DNA from: Minisyncoccota bacterium
GTDB taxonomy: Bacteria; Patescibacteriota; Minisyncoccia; Phycocordibacterales; UBA5272
NCBI GenBank assembly: GCA_043781255.1
Contig: JAYWBQ010000028.1
Location: forward strand, 16,702-80,701
Length of the DNA: 64,000 bases
Direction: 5' to 3'
The translations under genes and the position numbers were made by a program. Within the stretch, counting starts at the first letter, position 1. Every line of letters begins with the position of its first letter. Shown here piece by piece: positions 19,344 to 29,250 of this stretch. The notes under the pieces were generated by a model. It was not told the DNA's origin. It searched no databases and saw only the letters and a list, made by a program, of their open reading frames with translations.

Positions 19344-19889
19344 ATGACAAAATCAGTTATTTTAGCAGGTGGATGTTTCTGGTGTGTTGAGCATGATCTT
19401 CGTGCGGCTCCTGGTGTTAGTTTGGTAACGTCAGGATACGTGGGTAGTGATGCTGGATTACAGGTGCCGTCTTATGAGTATCATCAAGGGTATAAAGAGG
19501 CTGTACATGTAGAGTATGATGAAGAAAAAACTAGTTATAAAAAAATACTACAATTTTTTATTGACCACATAGATCCAACAGATGAAGGTGGTCAGTTTGC
19601 TGATCGAGGAGATAGTTACAAAGCTGTAATATATTATAAAGATGAAGAAGAACGACTTATTTCACTGTTTGTGATTAAAGAACTTAACGAGAGTCATGTC
19701 TATAATGGTCCTTCGAAGATAGAAGTACTCCCTCAGGCTTACTTTTATGAAGCAGAAGAGTGCCATCAGAATTATGCAGACAAAAATCCTCTTCGTTATG
19801 ATCTGTATAAAAAAACTTCTGGACGTGAAGCATTTATTAATCGAACATGTGCGATGAGAGAGGAAAAGAAAATTTCTTGGAAAGAATAA
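19344..19889 (+). CDS. msrA: Peptide methionine sulfoxide reductase MsrA
   Basis: AGGCFWCVE (GCFWC active-site motif) near the N-terminus; 181 aa. Confidence 0.85.
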   Translation: MTKSVILAGGCFWCVEHDLRAAPGVSLVTSGYVGSDAGLQVPSYEYHQGYKEAVHVEYDEEKTSYKKILQFFIDHIDPTDEGGQFADRGDSYKAVIYYKDEEERLISLFVIKELNESHVYNGPSKIEVLPQAYFYEAEECHQNYADKNPLRYDLYKKTSGREAFINRTCAMREEKKISWKE

Positions 19890-19910
19890 GGTTCATAAAG
19901 TTCATAACGT

Positions 19911-20537
19911 GTGTTACATAAACAAAAGATAGAGATGAAGAAATACATTATTGGTATCGATGAAGTAGGGCGTGGGCCGATAGCTGGACCTGTCGTAGTC
20001 TGTGCCTGTGCAATTATCTCTGGAGTAGATATTATTAAGTATTTTCCAAGGCAGGAATTACAGGATAGTAAAAAGCTTACAGGAAAACGTCGTCAAGAAA
20101 TTTTAGAAAAAATTACTGATCATACAAAATCACAAGAAATAATTTTTGGTATCGGAGAAATGAGCGCTGTTGTGATTGATGAAATTGGCATAAGTGTTGC
20201 AATTAAAGGAGCAATCTTGCAAGCACTGATTTCACTTCATCAACAAAGTGTCCCCAAAGAATCATTCATCTTTTTGGATGGCTCCCTGTATGCACCAGAA
20301 ATCTACCAACAGGAAACAATCATCAAAGGTGATGAAAAAATCCCTGAGATATCGCTTGCATCAATCTATGCAAAAGAATATCGAGATACTAAAATGAAAG
20401 AGTATGCAAAGCAACTTCCGCACTATTCATTTGAAAAGCATGTTGGATACGGAACGTCTGCTCATTACAAAGCTATGAAGAAGCACGGTCTCTGCGAACT
20501 TCATAGAAGAAGTTTTCTTACAAAATTTCTTTCGTAA
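19911..20537 (+). CDS. rnhB: Ribonuclease HII
   Basis: IGIDEVGRGPIAGPVVVCA catalytic motif. Likely start at MKKYIIG. Confidence 0.85.
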   Translation: MLHKQKIEMKKYIIGIDEVGRGPIAGPVVVCACAIISGVDIIKYFPRQELQDSKKLTGKRRQEILEKITDHTKSQEIIFGIGEMSAVVIDEIGISVAIKGAILQALISLHQQSVPKESFIFLDGSLYAPEIYQQETIIKGDEKIPEISLASIYAKEYRDTKMKEYAKQLPHYSFEKHVGYGTSAHYKAMKKHGLCELHRRSFLTKFLS

Positions 20538-20628
20538 AAATATAGAGCATTTTCCTTGTGTAAGATTTAAGGATTTTAATGAGAATATTTTAGTAGCTCT
20601 TTTCTAAGAAGGGGGTATACTTACATAT

Positions 20629-21012
20629 ATGTCTAGTATATTTTCAAAAATTATTTCAGGAGAGGTTCCTGGTTATAAGATTTATGAAGATGACTATGTG
20701 TGTGCTATTTTAGATATTAATCCAATTCAAAAAGGTCACACACTTGTTATACCTAAACAAGAAGTAGATCAACTTTTTGAACTTGATGAAGTGTATTTTG
20801 ATAAAATGATGCATCGGGTTCGATATCTGGCACAAGTTATAAAGGCGCAAACTAATTGTAAGCGCGTGTGTGTTTTCGTGGAGGGTTATGGTGTTCCTCA
20901 TGTGCATGTACATCTTGTACCAACGAATACGCCCGCTGATTTTGATAAAGAGCTTGTGTATGAAGCATCTGTGGAAGAATTAAAGGAAATGCAGGCAAAG
21001 TTACAATCCTAA
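20629..21012 (+). CDS. HIT-family (histidine triad) protein
   Basis: HVHVHLVP histidine-triad motif. Confidence 0.85.
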   Translation: MSSIFSKIISGEVPGYKIYEDDYVCAILDINPIQKGHTLVIPKQEVDQLFELDEVYFDKMMHRVRYLAQVIKAQTNCKRVCVFVEGYGVPHVHVHLVPTNTPADFDKELVYEASVEELKEMQAKLQS

Positions 21013-21015
21013 TTT

Positions 21016-21369
21016 ATGAAGTATCTTGCCATACGAACAATTGCTGTTCTCATCACAAGTTATCTTACTAAAGTTGGAGTACCACTTGTATTCACCACTG
21101 TCGCATTTACGCTTAGCACAACATGGACAGCACTGATAGTCGCACTTGTCCTTGCGGTGATTAACCATACAATCAAACCATTGTTCATGATTATTTCGAT
21201 TCCGATTAATCTTGTAACACTTGGCTTGTTTTCGTTTGTGATTAATGGTCTCATGATTTTATTGGCAGATAAAATAGTGCCAGAATTTGCAATCCCATCG
21301 TTCTTAATGGCAATTTATTTTGCAGTCGTCCTTTCTGTCGTGAACTGGATTTTACATAGCTTTGAATAG
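21016..21369 (+). CDS. Small 3-4 TM membrane protein (phage-holin-4-like superfamily possible)
   Basis: 117 aa, strongly hydrophobic. Confidence 0.4.
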   Translation: MKYLAIRTIAVLITSYLTKVGVPLVFTTVAFTLSTTWTALIVALVLAVINHTIKPLFMIISIPINLVTLGLFSFVINGLMILLADKIVPEFAIPSFLMAIYFAVVLSVVNWILHSFE

Positions 21370-21782
21370 AAATTGGTATTTTACTTCGTTTTCTTTCTTG
21401 AATCTCTCTTGGAGTCACATTCCCCATCAGCTTGCTGCGGAAAGTTTTTGTTTTGACTTTCATGCCTTGTCAGCTTGCTGCAAGATCATTCATTCTTGGT
21501 GTAGTTTCTTGCTTTCAGTGGAGTCCGACGTTGAAAAGTTAATTTAACTAAACTGGTTTCCCTAATAATGCCAAATCCAATTAACCTCTTCCCTAAGTCA
21601 TCTCTGACTTAGGGAAGTCATGTCTTTTACCAGAATGAGGGAATCCAAATTTATTCCCTGGAATGTTCCAAGAACCAATTTTACTCATTCGTCCGTTTTG
21701 CGAGGGTAACAATACGTGGGAAGCGTTTAATTAGAAATGGTATAACGCTCATCTCGAGCGTTATTTTGCTATCAACTTATTA

Positions 21783-22268
21783 TTATAAAGGTCTATTGTG
21801 GTCAATTTTTTCATCAACGACTTCTATCTCATCTTGCATTTCGTCAATGTTTTCTTGAATATCCTCTACATCTTCTGCAATATCTTCCATATCCTCTTGA
21901 ATTTCCTCCACGTCGTGTGAGATCTCTTCCACGTCTTCTGCTATACCTTCCACATCTTCTTGCATCTCCTCAACATTTTCTTGAATATCCCCTACATCTT
22001 CCGCGATTTCATCAATTTCTTTTTCAACGCTTGCAAGAGCTCGTCCTTGGTAATTCACACTTATCTGAATGAATATTGAAAGATAAATAGCCTCGAGAGA
22101 CACAATCGTCGTAAGAACAAGAAGTACTCGTTCAAAATTAACGCCAAGCAAGATAATCACAAATGCTCCTGCAAAAAGGAGTGTATGGATGACAACTGAA
22201 CTGATTGACCCAATACCACGAGTTACCGAAAGTGCAAGAGCTTCAGCCTTATTTAAAGGGGTTTTCAT
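21783..22268 (-). CDS. DUF1003-like membrane protein with a C-terminal acidic heptad-repeat tail
   Basis: N-terminal GSISSVVIHTLLFAGAFVIILLGVNFERVLL...SLEAIYLSIFIQISVNYQ matches the DUF1003 pattern. The C-terminus has nine 7-residue repeats (IAEDVED/IQENVEE/MQEDVEG...). Confidence 0.55.
   Translation of the reverse strand: MKTPLNKAEALALSVTRGIGSISSVVIHTLLFAGAFVIILLGVNFERVLLVLTTIVSLEAIYLSIFIQISVNYQGRALASVEKEIDEIAEDVGDIQENVEEMQEDVEGIAEDVEEISHDVEEIQEDMEDIAEDVEDIQENIDEMQDEIEVVDEKIDHNRPL
21825..22015. repeat. Tandem 21-bp repeats (about 9 copies) encoding the acidic heptad repeats
   Basis: Periodic gatatcttc/gacgtcttc/catatcctc... units visible in the plus-strand sequence. Confidence 0.6.
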
Positions 22269-22307
22269 AGTATTCCCACTATATCATGAAAGTGGTAGAA
22301 TAGAGGA

Positions 22308-23459
22308 ATGGTAGTAACAATAATATTTATCGTAGCTCTTTTGGTTATCGTGATTATAGCTTCTGGTGTTCGTTTTGTTTACTTACTAGCATTACCTCAT
22401 ACAAATATACAATTAAATATGAAATCAAAAGCACTCGATCTTTTCCTGTACTTAGGAATAGCAATCTCACTTATAGTAAGCGTTACAAATTTACTACAAA
22501 TAATTTTTGCAGCAGTTGATAGAAAGTTCGTTGATATTTTAAGTGCTACACAATATTTCGATAGTACACAGGCTGATGTTCGTTTTGCAATCGCATCACT
22601 TGTGGTCATGTTTCCAATTTATGTCGGACTTTCTTGGTATGTATCTACTAACATCAAGAAGTATTTGTTTAAGCAAGATATTTCTGTTCGTAAGATTATG
22701 ATTTACTGTACACTTTTTGTGGCAGTACTAACTCTTATTGGAACTCTCGTTTCTAGTATCTATACGTATCTAGGAGGAGAAATTTCTATTCGATTTCTAC
22801 TTAAGGCTCTTGCTGTGTTTGTGGTCGCTTTCGTACTCTTTGGGTATTACTATTACACACTTAAACGAGATTATGCAAAGTCAACAATATTTCCAGCTGT
22901 TATCACAGCTATAACTTCTGTCTGTGTTATTGCTTCGGTGGTATGGAGTGTTTCTATTATTGGTACTCCAACAGAAATGCGTGCGAAGAAAATTGATAGT
23001 ACTCGTCTTTCTGATATTTCTAGAATTCAACAAGAAGTATTTAACCGTGTGCAGTCAACGGATAAGCTACCGCTTGCACTTTCTGAACTTAATAATGCCT
23101 TCCAAGGGTATAAAGTTCCCACAGATCCCCTTACTCATGTTGCCTATGGGTATAAAGTTATTCAGCAGCCAACAGTAAAGATTAATTACACAACAAACAG
23201 AAAAGATCTTACATCTCCGGCTATTTTTGAGCTTTGCTCAATATTTGATACGACTCGTGCAATCGATGCTCGTGGCCAGGCTGTAGTAAGTAAGGGTGAC
23301 ATCCCGAGTCAGGTAGTAGGTAATGTTATTGGCACTGACTCACTTTACTCTGTGCAGAACTATTACTACGAAGGTGATCAATCACCATTTTGGAATCATG
23401 GGACTGGAGAAACATGTTTCAAACGAATTATTTCATCTGATATGTATTATGGACGATAA
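22308..23459 (+). CDS. Hypothetical polytopic membrane protein with a C-terminal soluble domain
   Basis: 383 aa. About 6 N-terminal TM helices, then a ~150-aa hydrophilic C-terminal region. Confidence 0.5.
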   Translation: MVVTIIFIVALLVIVIIASGVRFVYLLALPHTNIQLNMKSKALDLFLYLGIAISLIVSVTNLLQIIFAAVDRKFVDILSATQYFDSTQADVRFAIASLVVMFPIYVGLSWYVSTNIKKYLFKQDISVRKIMIYCTLFVAVLTLIGTLVSSIYTYLGGEISIRFLLKALAVFVVAFVLFGYYYYTLKRDYAKSTIFPAVITAITSVCVIASVVWSVSIIGTPTEMRAKKIDSTRLSDISRIQQEVFNRVQSTDKLPLALSELNNAFQGYKVPTDPLTHVAYGYKVIQQPTVKINYTTNRKDLTSPAIFELCSIFDTTRAIDARGQAVVSKGDIPSQVVGNVIGTDSLYSVQNYYYEGDQSPFWNHGTGETCFKRIISSDMYYGR

Positions 23460-23470
23460 CGAAGTTGGTT

Positions 23471-23507
23471 TTATTTACGAATAATACCCCGTGGCATTAG
23501 CCCAAGG
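23471..23507 (+). repeat. Hairpin-repeat family, degenerate type-A copy
   Basis: TTATTTACGAATAA palindrome + TACCCCGTGGCATTAGCCCAAGG. Confidence 0.4.
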
Positions 23508-23612
23508 ATGTTCATTGAAATAAAAAGACCCCCAGAATACGTAGCCGTTCAAGGATTAATCCCAGTACCACTTAATGTATATCCTTCACATGCTTAGAGC
23601 AAGGACAATTAG

Positions 23613-24059
23613 TTAAACATATTTTGTAACTGAATAGGAGATATTTATTTGGATACCGCAATCAAAATCTCCACAGGAACTCAGTTTGCTTGCTGTAGTA
23701 TGGACCCAAGCTTCAAAGGCTGGAAGTTTAGATCGTATAAGTGCGTCCATGTATCCGGCATGTAGAAGAAGGTAACCTTTCCGAGAATGTAATTTGTTGT
23801 CATTCCTTGTTGTCCAGATGCCAAAAGAACCGCAACCACCTTTTTCACCCTTCCTTCTGTTCGTCCAAGGATTTTGATGGGTAAATAGTGCCATTTGAGA
23901 AGATAGCACTTCCATAACATGTGCGTAATAACCAGACTGATAGCTTTCATCTGTATCCTTATCTTTAGGCCAATGAGATTTTGCCCTTACTGTGAAGTTA
24001 ATTTTAACTTCAGGACTGTAGCGAGTCGTCAGTTGTTTTGCAGTCATCAAGACCTCCAT
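23613..24059 (-). CDS. Hypothetical protein (orphan)
   Basis: 148-aa ORF between the repeat hairpin at 23471-23507 and the duplicated topA 3' end. No recognisable motif. Confidence 0.45.
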   Translation of the reverse strand: MEVLMTAKQLTTRYSPEVKINFTVRAKSHWPKDKDTDESYQSGYYAHVMEVLSSQMALFTHQNPWTNRRKGEKGGCGSFGIWTTRNDNKLHSRKGYLLLHAGYMDALIRSKLPAFEAWVHTTASKLSSCGDFDCGIQINISYSVTKYV

Positions 24060-24222
24060 TTGTAGGGAAAAATGATCTAATTAATTTATATACTACTATA
24101 ACACTTTTGTCAAGTAAGTTTAGGTTTTGTATTTTCCTGTAGTCTAGAGATTTTTTATCCAACTTATGCGGGTTATGATTCGGCCCCCACTTTACAGGTA
24201 CGTTTCGCGGGGCACGTACATT

Positions 24223-26427
24223 TTATTTCTCTAATTTATGTGGATTATGATTCGGGCAGGTTTTGTCTGAACAGCGTTCAGGGATAGTCTTTGTCCCGGT
24301 CATCATGAGTTCACCGCACTCTGTTCCATCAGCTTTTTTATAGGCACACCGATTGCCTGTTGGTCGTGTTTTGATGATGTGTTTGCAATCAGGGTAGTTA
24401 GAACATGAAAAGAAAATTCCAAAACGACCTTTACGTTCTTCCATATAACCGTCTTTACATTTATTACAATGTACCCCAGTTGAGTTTGCTTTTCGCATCT
24501 CCTCATCTTGCTCGATGTACTTACACTTTGGATAATTATCACATGCAATAAATCTACCATACTTTCCTTCTCGTTCTATGAGTTCACCTTTCTCGCATTT
24601 TGGACATTTCTTGCCAAGTTTCTTTGGACCTTCCATGACTTCACCATCCATTTTTCGTGCACCCATACATTCAGGATAGCGGATACATGAATAGAATTTT
24701 CCATTTTTCGCAAGTTTGATAACCATGTTAGCATCACAGAGTGGGCATTGCATCCCCTCAGGGGCATCACCCATACTTGTCGCTTTCTCAAGATCATCTT
24801 TTGATTTTACATCTTTGATGAATGGTCCGTAGAAATCTTTGAGCGTTTTTAAGTATGTTGCTTTACCTTCTGAAATGAGGTCGAGTTTGTCCTCCATATC
24901 TGCAGTGAACGTGTCACTGATGTACTGTGCAAAATGTTCTTCAAGGAATGAAATAACTACTTCACCTGTATCAGTTGGGTGAAGTGCTTTGTTTATTTTA
25001 TCGACATAACCACGGGCTTCAATCGTAGAAAGAATAGACGCGTAGGTGGAAGGGCGGCCAATACCACGCTTTTCGAGTTCTTTAATGAGTCCAGCTTCTG
25101 TGTAGCGATGAGGAGGTTCAGTTTCTTTTTGGATGGATTGAAGTGTTGTTAAAGTAAGTGAATTACCTTTTGAAATATCTGGCAGGATAACATCATCACC
25201 TCGTGAAGCAGGGTCAACAGCGAGCCATCCAGGAGAAAGAAGAATGGAGCCATTTACGGTAAAATTGGGGATGGACTTTGTTGTAATGTTTGCAGTCACT
25301 TTACTTCGCTTGATCTTGGCATCCACCATTTGGCTTGCAACAGTGCGTTCCCAAATGAGAGAATAGAGCCGCTTTTCGTCGTCTGTAGTTCCTCCACTTC
25401 GTATTGTTGCGTTGGTTGGGCGTACTGCTTCATGAGCTTCCTGAGCATTTTTACTTTTAGTTTTGTACTTTCTAATTTCGATTTTATCTTTACCATAATT
25501 TTTTTCAATTACACTCGTTATCTCAGTAACCGCCTGATCAGAAAGAGTGGTGCTATCGGTACGCATGTAGGTGATAAGACCTTTTTCATAAAGTTTTTGT
25601 GCGATGCCCATGGTACGTGACGGTGCGTATCCTAAACGTGATGAAGCTGCTTGTTGAAGTGTGGAAGTGGTAAAAGGTGCTTTTGGTGAACGGGACGCTT
25701 CGGTACTTTCAACATCGAGAACTTCCCAAGTGCCATTTTTCCCTTCTTTAACAATTCTTTCTGCTTCTTCTTTGTTGTTTGGCTGTATTTCACACTCCAT
25801 TAAGAGGGGATAGGTTTTACTCTCTGCCATTTTACCTACTGTTTTAAATTCTCCTGCGATAACAAAGTAGGTAACAGGAATAAATGCACGAATCTCACGT
25901 TCGCGTTCCATGATAATACGAAGCGCAGGGGACTGCACTCGTCCAGCAGAAAGTCCGTAACGAACTTTTTTCCAAATAACTCCTGAGAGGTCATACCCCA
26001 CAAGACGATCAAGCACACGACGAGCTTCTTGTGCTTCTTTCATTTTCATATCGATCTCACGAGGGTGTTTGAGTGCTTCTTTGATGGCACTTTCAGTGAT
26101 TTCGTGAAAAGTGACACGCTTAGCACCATCTAATTGACACGCATCTTTAACATGCCATGCGATAGCTTCTCCTTCACGGTCGGGGTCGGTTGCGAGGATG
26201 ACCTCATTAGATCTTTTGGCGAGAGCTTTGATATCTGCTATCACTTTCTCTTTTCCTGGAGTGACTTCATAGTGAGGAATAAATCCTCCTTCGATGTCCA
26301 CTGCTTTTTTATTACTCTTTGGCAAGTCTCTAACATGACCAACAGAAGCACGTACTTCGTACGCACCATCTAAGTATTTTGCAATTGTTTTTGCCTTTGA
26401 AGGACTTTCTACGATTAAGAGTTTCAT
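24223..26427 (-). CDS. topA: DNA topoisomerase I
   Basis: Toprim N-terminus (IVESPSKAKTI). Type IA core. C-terminal repeated CxxC...CxxC zinc ribbons. Confidence 0.92.
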   Translation of the reverse strand: MKLLIVESPSKAKTIAKYLDGAYEVRASVGHVRDLPKSNKKAVDIEGGFIPHYEVTPGKEKVIADIKALAKRSNEVILATDPDREGEAIAWHVKDACQLDGAKRVTFHEITESAIKEALKHPREIDMKMKEAQEARRVLDRLVGYDLSGVIWKKVRYGLSAGRVQSPALRIIMEREREIRAFIPVTYFVIAGEFKTVGKMAESKTYPLLMECEIQPNNKEEAERIVKEGKNGTWEVLDVESTEASRSPKAPFTTSTLQQAASSRLGYAPSRTMGIAQKLYEKGLITYMRTDSTTLSDQAVTEITSVIEKNYGKDKIEIRKYKTKSKNAQEAHEAVRPTNATIRSGGTTDDEKRLYSLIWERTVASQMVDAKIKRSKVTANITTKSIPNFTVNGSILLSPGWLAVDPASRGDDVILPDISKGNSLTLTTLQSIQKETEPPHRYTEAGLIKELEKRGIGRPSTYASILSTIEARGYVDKINKALHPTDTGEVVISFLEEHFAQYISDTFTADMEDKLDLISEGKATYLKTLKDFYGPFIKDVKSKDDLEKATSMGDAPEGMQCPLCDANMVIKLAKNGKFYSCIRYPECMGARKMDGEVMEGPKKLGKKCPKCEKGELIEREGKYGRFIACDNYPKCKYIEQDEEMRKANSTGVHCNKCKDGYMEERKGRFGIFFSCSNYPDCKHIIKTRPTGNRCAYKKADGTECGELMMTGTKTIPERCSDKTCPNHNPHKLEK

Positions 26428-26590
26428 GAGGACAGTAGCTAGTGACTAGTTGTTAGTGTTTAGTAAACTAGATATAGCACAGTAATTTGTAACATGAGAT
26501 TCAGTATACATTATTTTTTATGCTTAGCATTATATTGTATTGTTGTTGCGCACTAGTCGCTAACAACTAGTAACTGATAACTGTTTCACT

Positions 26591-27521
26591 CTACACTATT
26601 CGTCTCACTTCACCAAATGTTTCTTCAATAGCACCAGTAAGTTCAAGAGAAGAGAATCCAGAAATAAAATCTTCAAATGATAAGTGTGTTGTAGAAAAAA
26701 GTGAGTCTTTGTCAATTGGTTCTCGAAGGTTTTCAATAATTATTTTTTCATTACGGGTATATTTTTTAAGTATGGTCTCGGATATGTCGGCACTATCTAC
26801 TTCTTGTTTTGAAATGTGAAGAAGTGCATAGAGGTCATCTGATGAAGTTATAGAATACGCTCCCTCACGGATAAGCATATTCGTACCAAAGGCAGTTGGA
26901 GAAAATATATCACCAGGAATTGCCCCAATATCACGACCGAGCTCTATTGCTTGGCGAGCGGTGATGAGTGTGCCTGACTTTACTTCTGCTTCAATAAATA
27001 GTACAGCATCTGACAGTGCCGCCATGACGCGGTTACGCATAGGAAATGTCCAGGGCGCAGCGATAGTCTCATTTGGAAGTTCAGAAAGAAGTGTTCCTCC
27101 TTTTTCTAAAATTTCTTTGGCGAGATGTCTATGAGCGCTCGGATAGAGAACTTTTTCGTCAAGACCACTTCCTGGAATGGCAATTGTTATGAGATTATTT
27201 TTAAGGGCATGGTGATGTGCGAGACTATCTATCCCAAGAGCAAGGCCAGATACAATAACAACGTCCTCACCCTTTAATGATGCAAGCAACATTTCAAGTA
27301 CCTGTCTTCCGTATGCTGTATTTTTTCGTGAGCCAACTTATTGTAAGAATACGAGGGGTTGCTCTACCATAAAGATCGATAGTGACTTCAGGGAGCTTCC
27401 CTTGTATATGGATGACTTCTGGAATTTGATGAAGTTCAAGAAGACGTGAAAGAAGAGGGTGAGCAGCAAAATCTTTTTTAAGGATAGTAACAATTTCGTT
27501 AGTCATGATAAAAGGATACAA
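26591..27521 (-). pseudogene. dprA: DNA processing protein DprA/Smf, interrupted by a +1 frameshift. ORFs 27294..27521 and 26591..27292 together encode one protein.
   Basis: The upstream ORF ends ...TPRILTI-SWLTKK*. The downstream frame reads (stop)VGSRKNTAYGRQVLEMLLASLKGEDVVIVSGLALGIDSLAHH, which is the DprA IVGSRk...SGlAxGID core. One extra base near 27336-27342 would restore RILTIVGSRKNTAYG. Confidence 0.6.
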
Positions 27522-27618
27522 AAATATAGCACTATATCACAAGGGATAGGAAAAACTTTTAGCAAAATAAAAAGCAGTGATATGTTACTATCGCTGCTTT
27601 TAGAAAGTGTGCATTCTC

Positions 27619-28758
27619 TTAAAAACAAACTAGCCCACCAAATTTTTTTGAAGAGGGTAGAAGTTCTGCTGTAGGTAAAGCTTCCACTTTAAGGCCATGT
27701 TTTTCTGTGCTTACCTCATCCCAACGGTCGTAAAGATATTTCCACGAAGTCTCGTCAAGTCTCATGGGTTTTTTCCAAAGAAAGTAGAAAATCTTTTTAT
27801 CGAATCTGATCTTCTCGGGGTCAAGTGCATACTTCACTCGATTTTTCATGTTAAGAACATAAAGAGGTGGGTATACAGAAGATACAAGTGCCGTTCTTCC
27901 TGGTGGAATGACGACGCACGAGGACTCAGTAATAAAGAAAGTGTGAAGTTCCCTATTATCTGTTTCATGGAATAAAAAGTACTTCCTGGGGTCGTTCTCT
28001 ACCTCTATATAAAGCTGTTTATCACCAAGTGGTTGTACGACAAAATCTTCGGGTAAAGGCATTGTCGGAGGTTTCCCTACTTTTAATGACGTGTAGATGA
28101 TAACGTGACCTTCCTTTGGAATTTTTGGTACTGTTATAGTATTCATGGGAGCGTGAGTGCTGCTTGAATATTTTTTTGAGTCATCATAGTTTGTGTGTGT
28201 ATTACCATAGAAAGCATTCGCACCCCATCCTAAGATGACGGCTGCAAGCATGACTCTGAATCCAACTCTTTGGAACAAGAGCTCTTCTTTACCTTTTTCT
28301 ACACCGATAAACCAGCAAAGTATGTTGTTAAAAACACGACTAGCTGTTGCTGTAAAGAAACTAGTTTCAACATTTACTCGGTACTGAGGAAGTCGCTGGT
28401 CTTGAAAATGGTCCACAGATACATTTCGTTCCTCTACACCATAGAAACTTCTTGGTTTTTTCAACGACCAGAGAAGATAAATTCCAAAGTAGTGAAGTAT
28501 TGGAAGAAGCGATGGTGTAAAGCAGTACCCATCTTCCCAGTATAACCCTGTAGCTTTTCCATTAAATACAAGTTCAGCCCTCTCAGCAGGTTCAATGATG
28601 TGAAAGAAATGGAGTATTACTCCAAAACCAAAAAGTGCCATCAAGTGAATAGTGTAGAGATTGCTGCCAAAGTACTGGAAGTAAAAAAACTCATAGGGAA
28701 CAGTGAGCAAAAGACAAAGTAAAAACCCTTGCCATTTTGTGATAAAGAATGAACTCAT
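27619..28758 (-). CDS. Hypothetical membrane protein
   Basis: 379 aa with several hydrophobic helices. No recognised motif. Confidence 0.5.
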   Translation of the reverse strand: MSSFFITKWQGFLLCLLLTVPYEFFYFQYFGSNLYTIHLMALFGFGVILHFFHIIEPAERAELVFNGKATGLYWEDGYCFTPSLLPILHYFGIYLLWSLKKPRSFYGVEERNVSVDHFQDQRLPQYRVNVETSFFTATASRVFNNILCWFIGVEKGKEELLFQRVGFRVMLAAVILGWGANAFYGNTHTNYDDSKKYSSSTHAPMNTITVPKIPKEGHVIIYTSLKVGKPPTMPLPEDFVVQPLGDKQLYIEVENDPRKYFLFHETDNRELHTFFITESSCVVIPPGRTALVSSVYPPLYVLNMKNRVKYALDPEKIRFDKKIFYFLWKKPMRLDETSWKYLYDRWDEVSTEKHGLKVEALPTAELLPSSKKFGGLVCF

Positions 28759-29106
28759 AATGTCTCCTTTTGTGAGAATGAGATTAATGAAAAAGAACGT
28801 TTATGTTATCCTAGTATATTAATGTTTAAAATACAAGTGTTTGGAGATGCCTGCGGGAATGTCTTCGGCAAGTAAATTTTTGTCGTCACAAAAATTTCTC
28901 GCTTTGGCCTCCCGGCATCATTTACTAATCGTCTAACGCAAGTCAAGCAGTTGGGATCGCCCCTCCCTGCTTGCTTGAGTACAAGTATCGTTTATCGTTG
29001 GTCGGAACGCACTATTTTTATATTCACTTTGTTCATTAAAAATAGGTGCCTACGGTCCCTGAATGTAAGTCAAACAGTAGGGAAGAAAACTTTTTGAAAC
29101 ATAGCT

Positions 29107-29179
29107 GTGTCCCCAGTAGGGATCGAACCTACGACCTGCGGATTAAGAGTCCGATGCTCTACCAGCTGAGCTATAGGGA
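29107..29179 (-). tRNA. tRNA-Lys (anticodon CTT)
   Basis: Hand-folded. Acceptor stem GTCCCTA/TGGGGAC. D-arm GCTCAGCTGGTAGAGC. Anticodon loop CTCTTAA. T-arm GTAGG-TTCGATC-CCTAC. Confidence 0.85.
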
Positions 29180-29250
29180 CATTGACACACAAAACATATT
29201 ATACCACAATATAAAGAATAATTCTAGCTCAAATATGCTACAATTTATGT

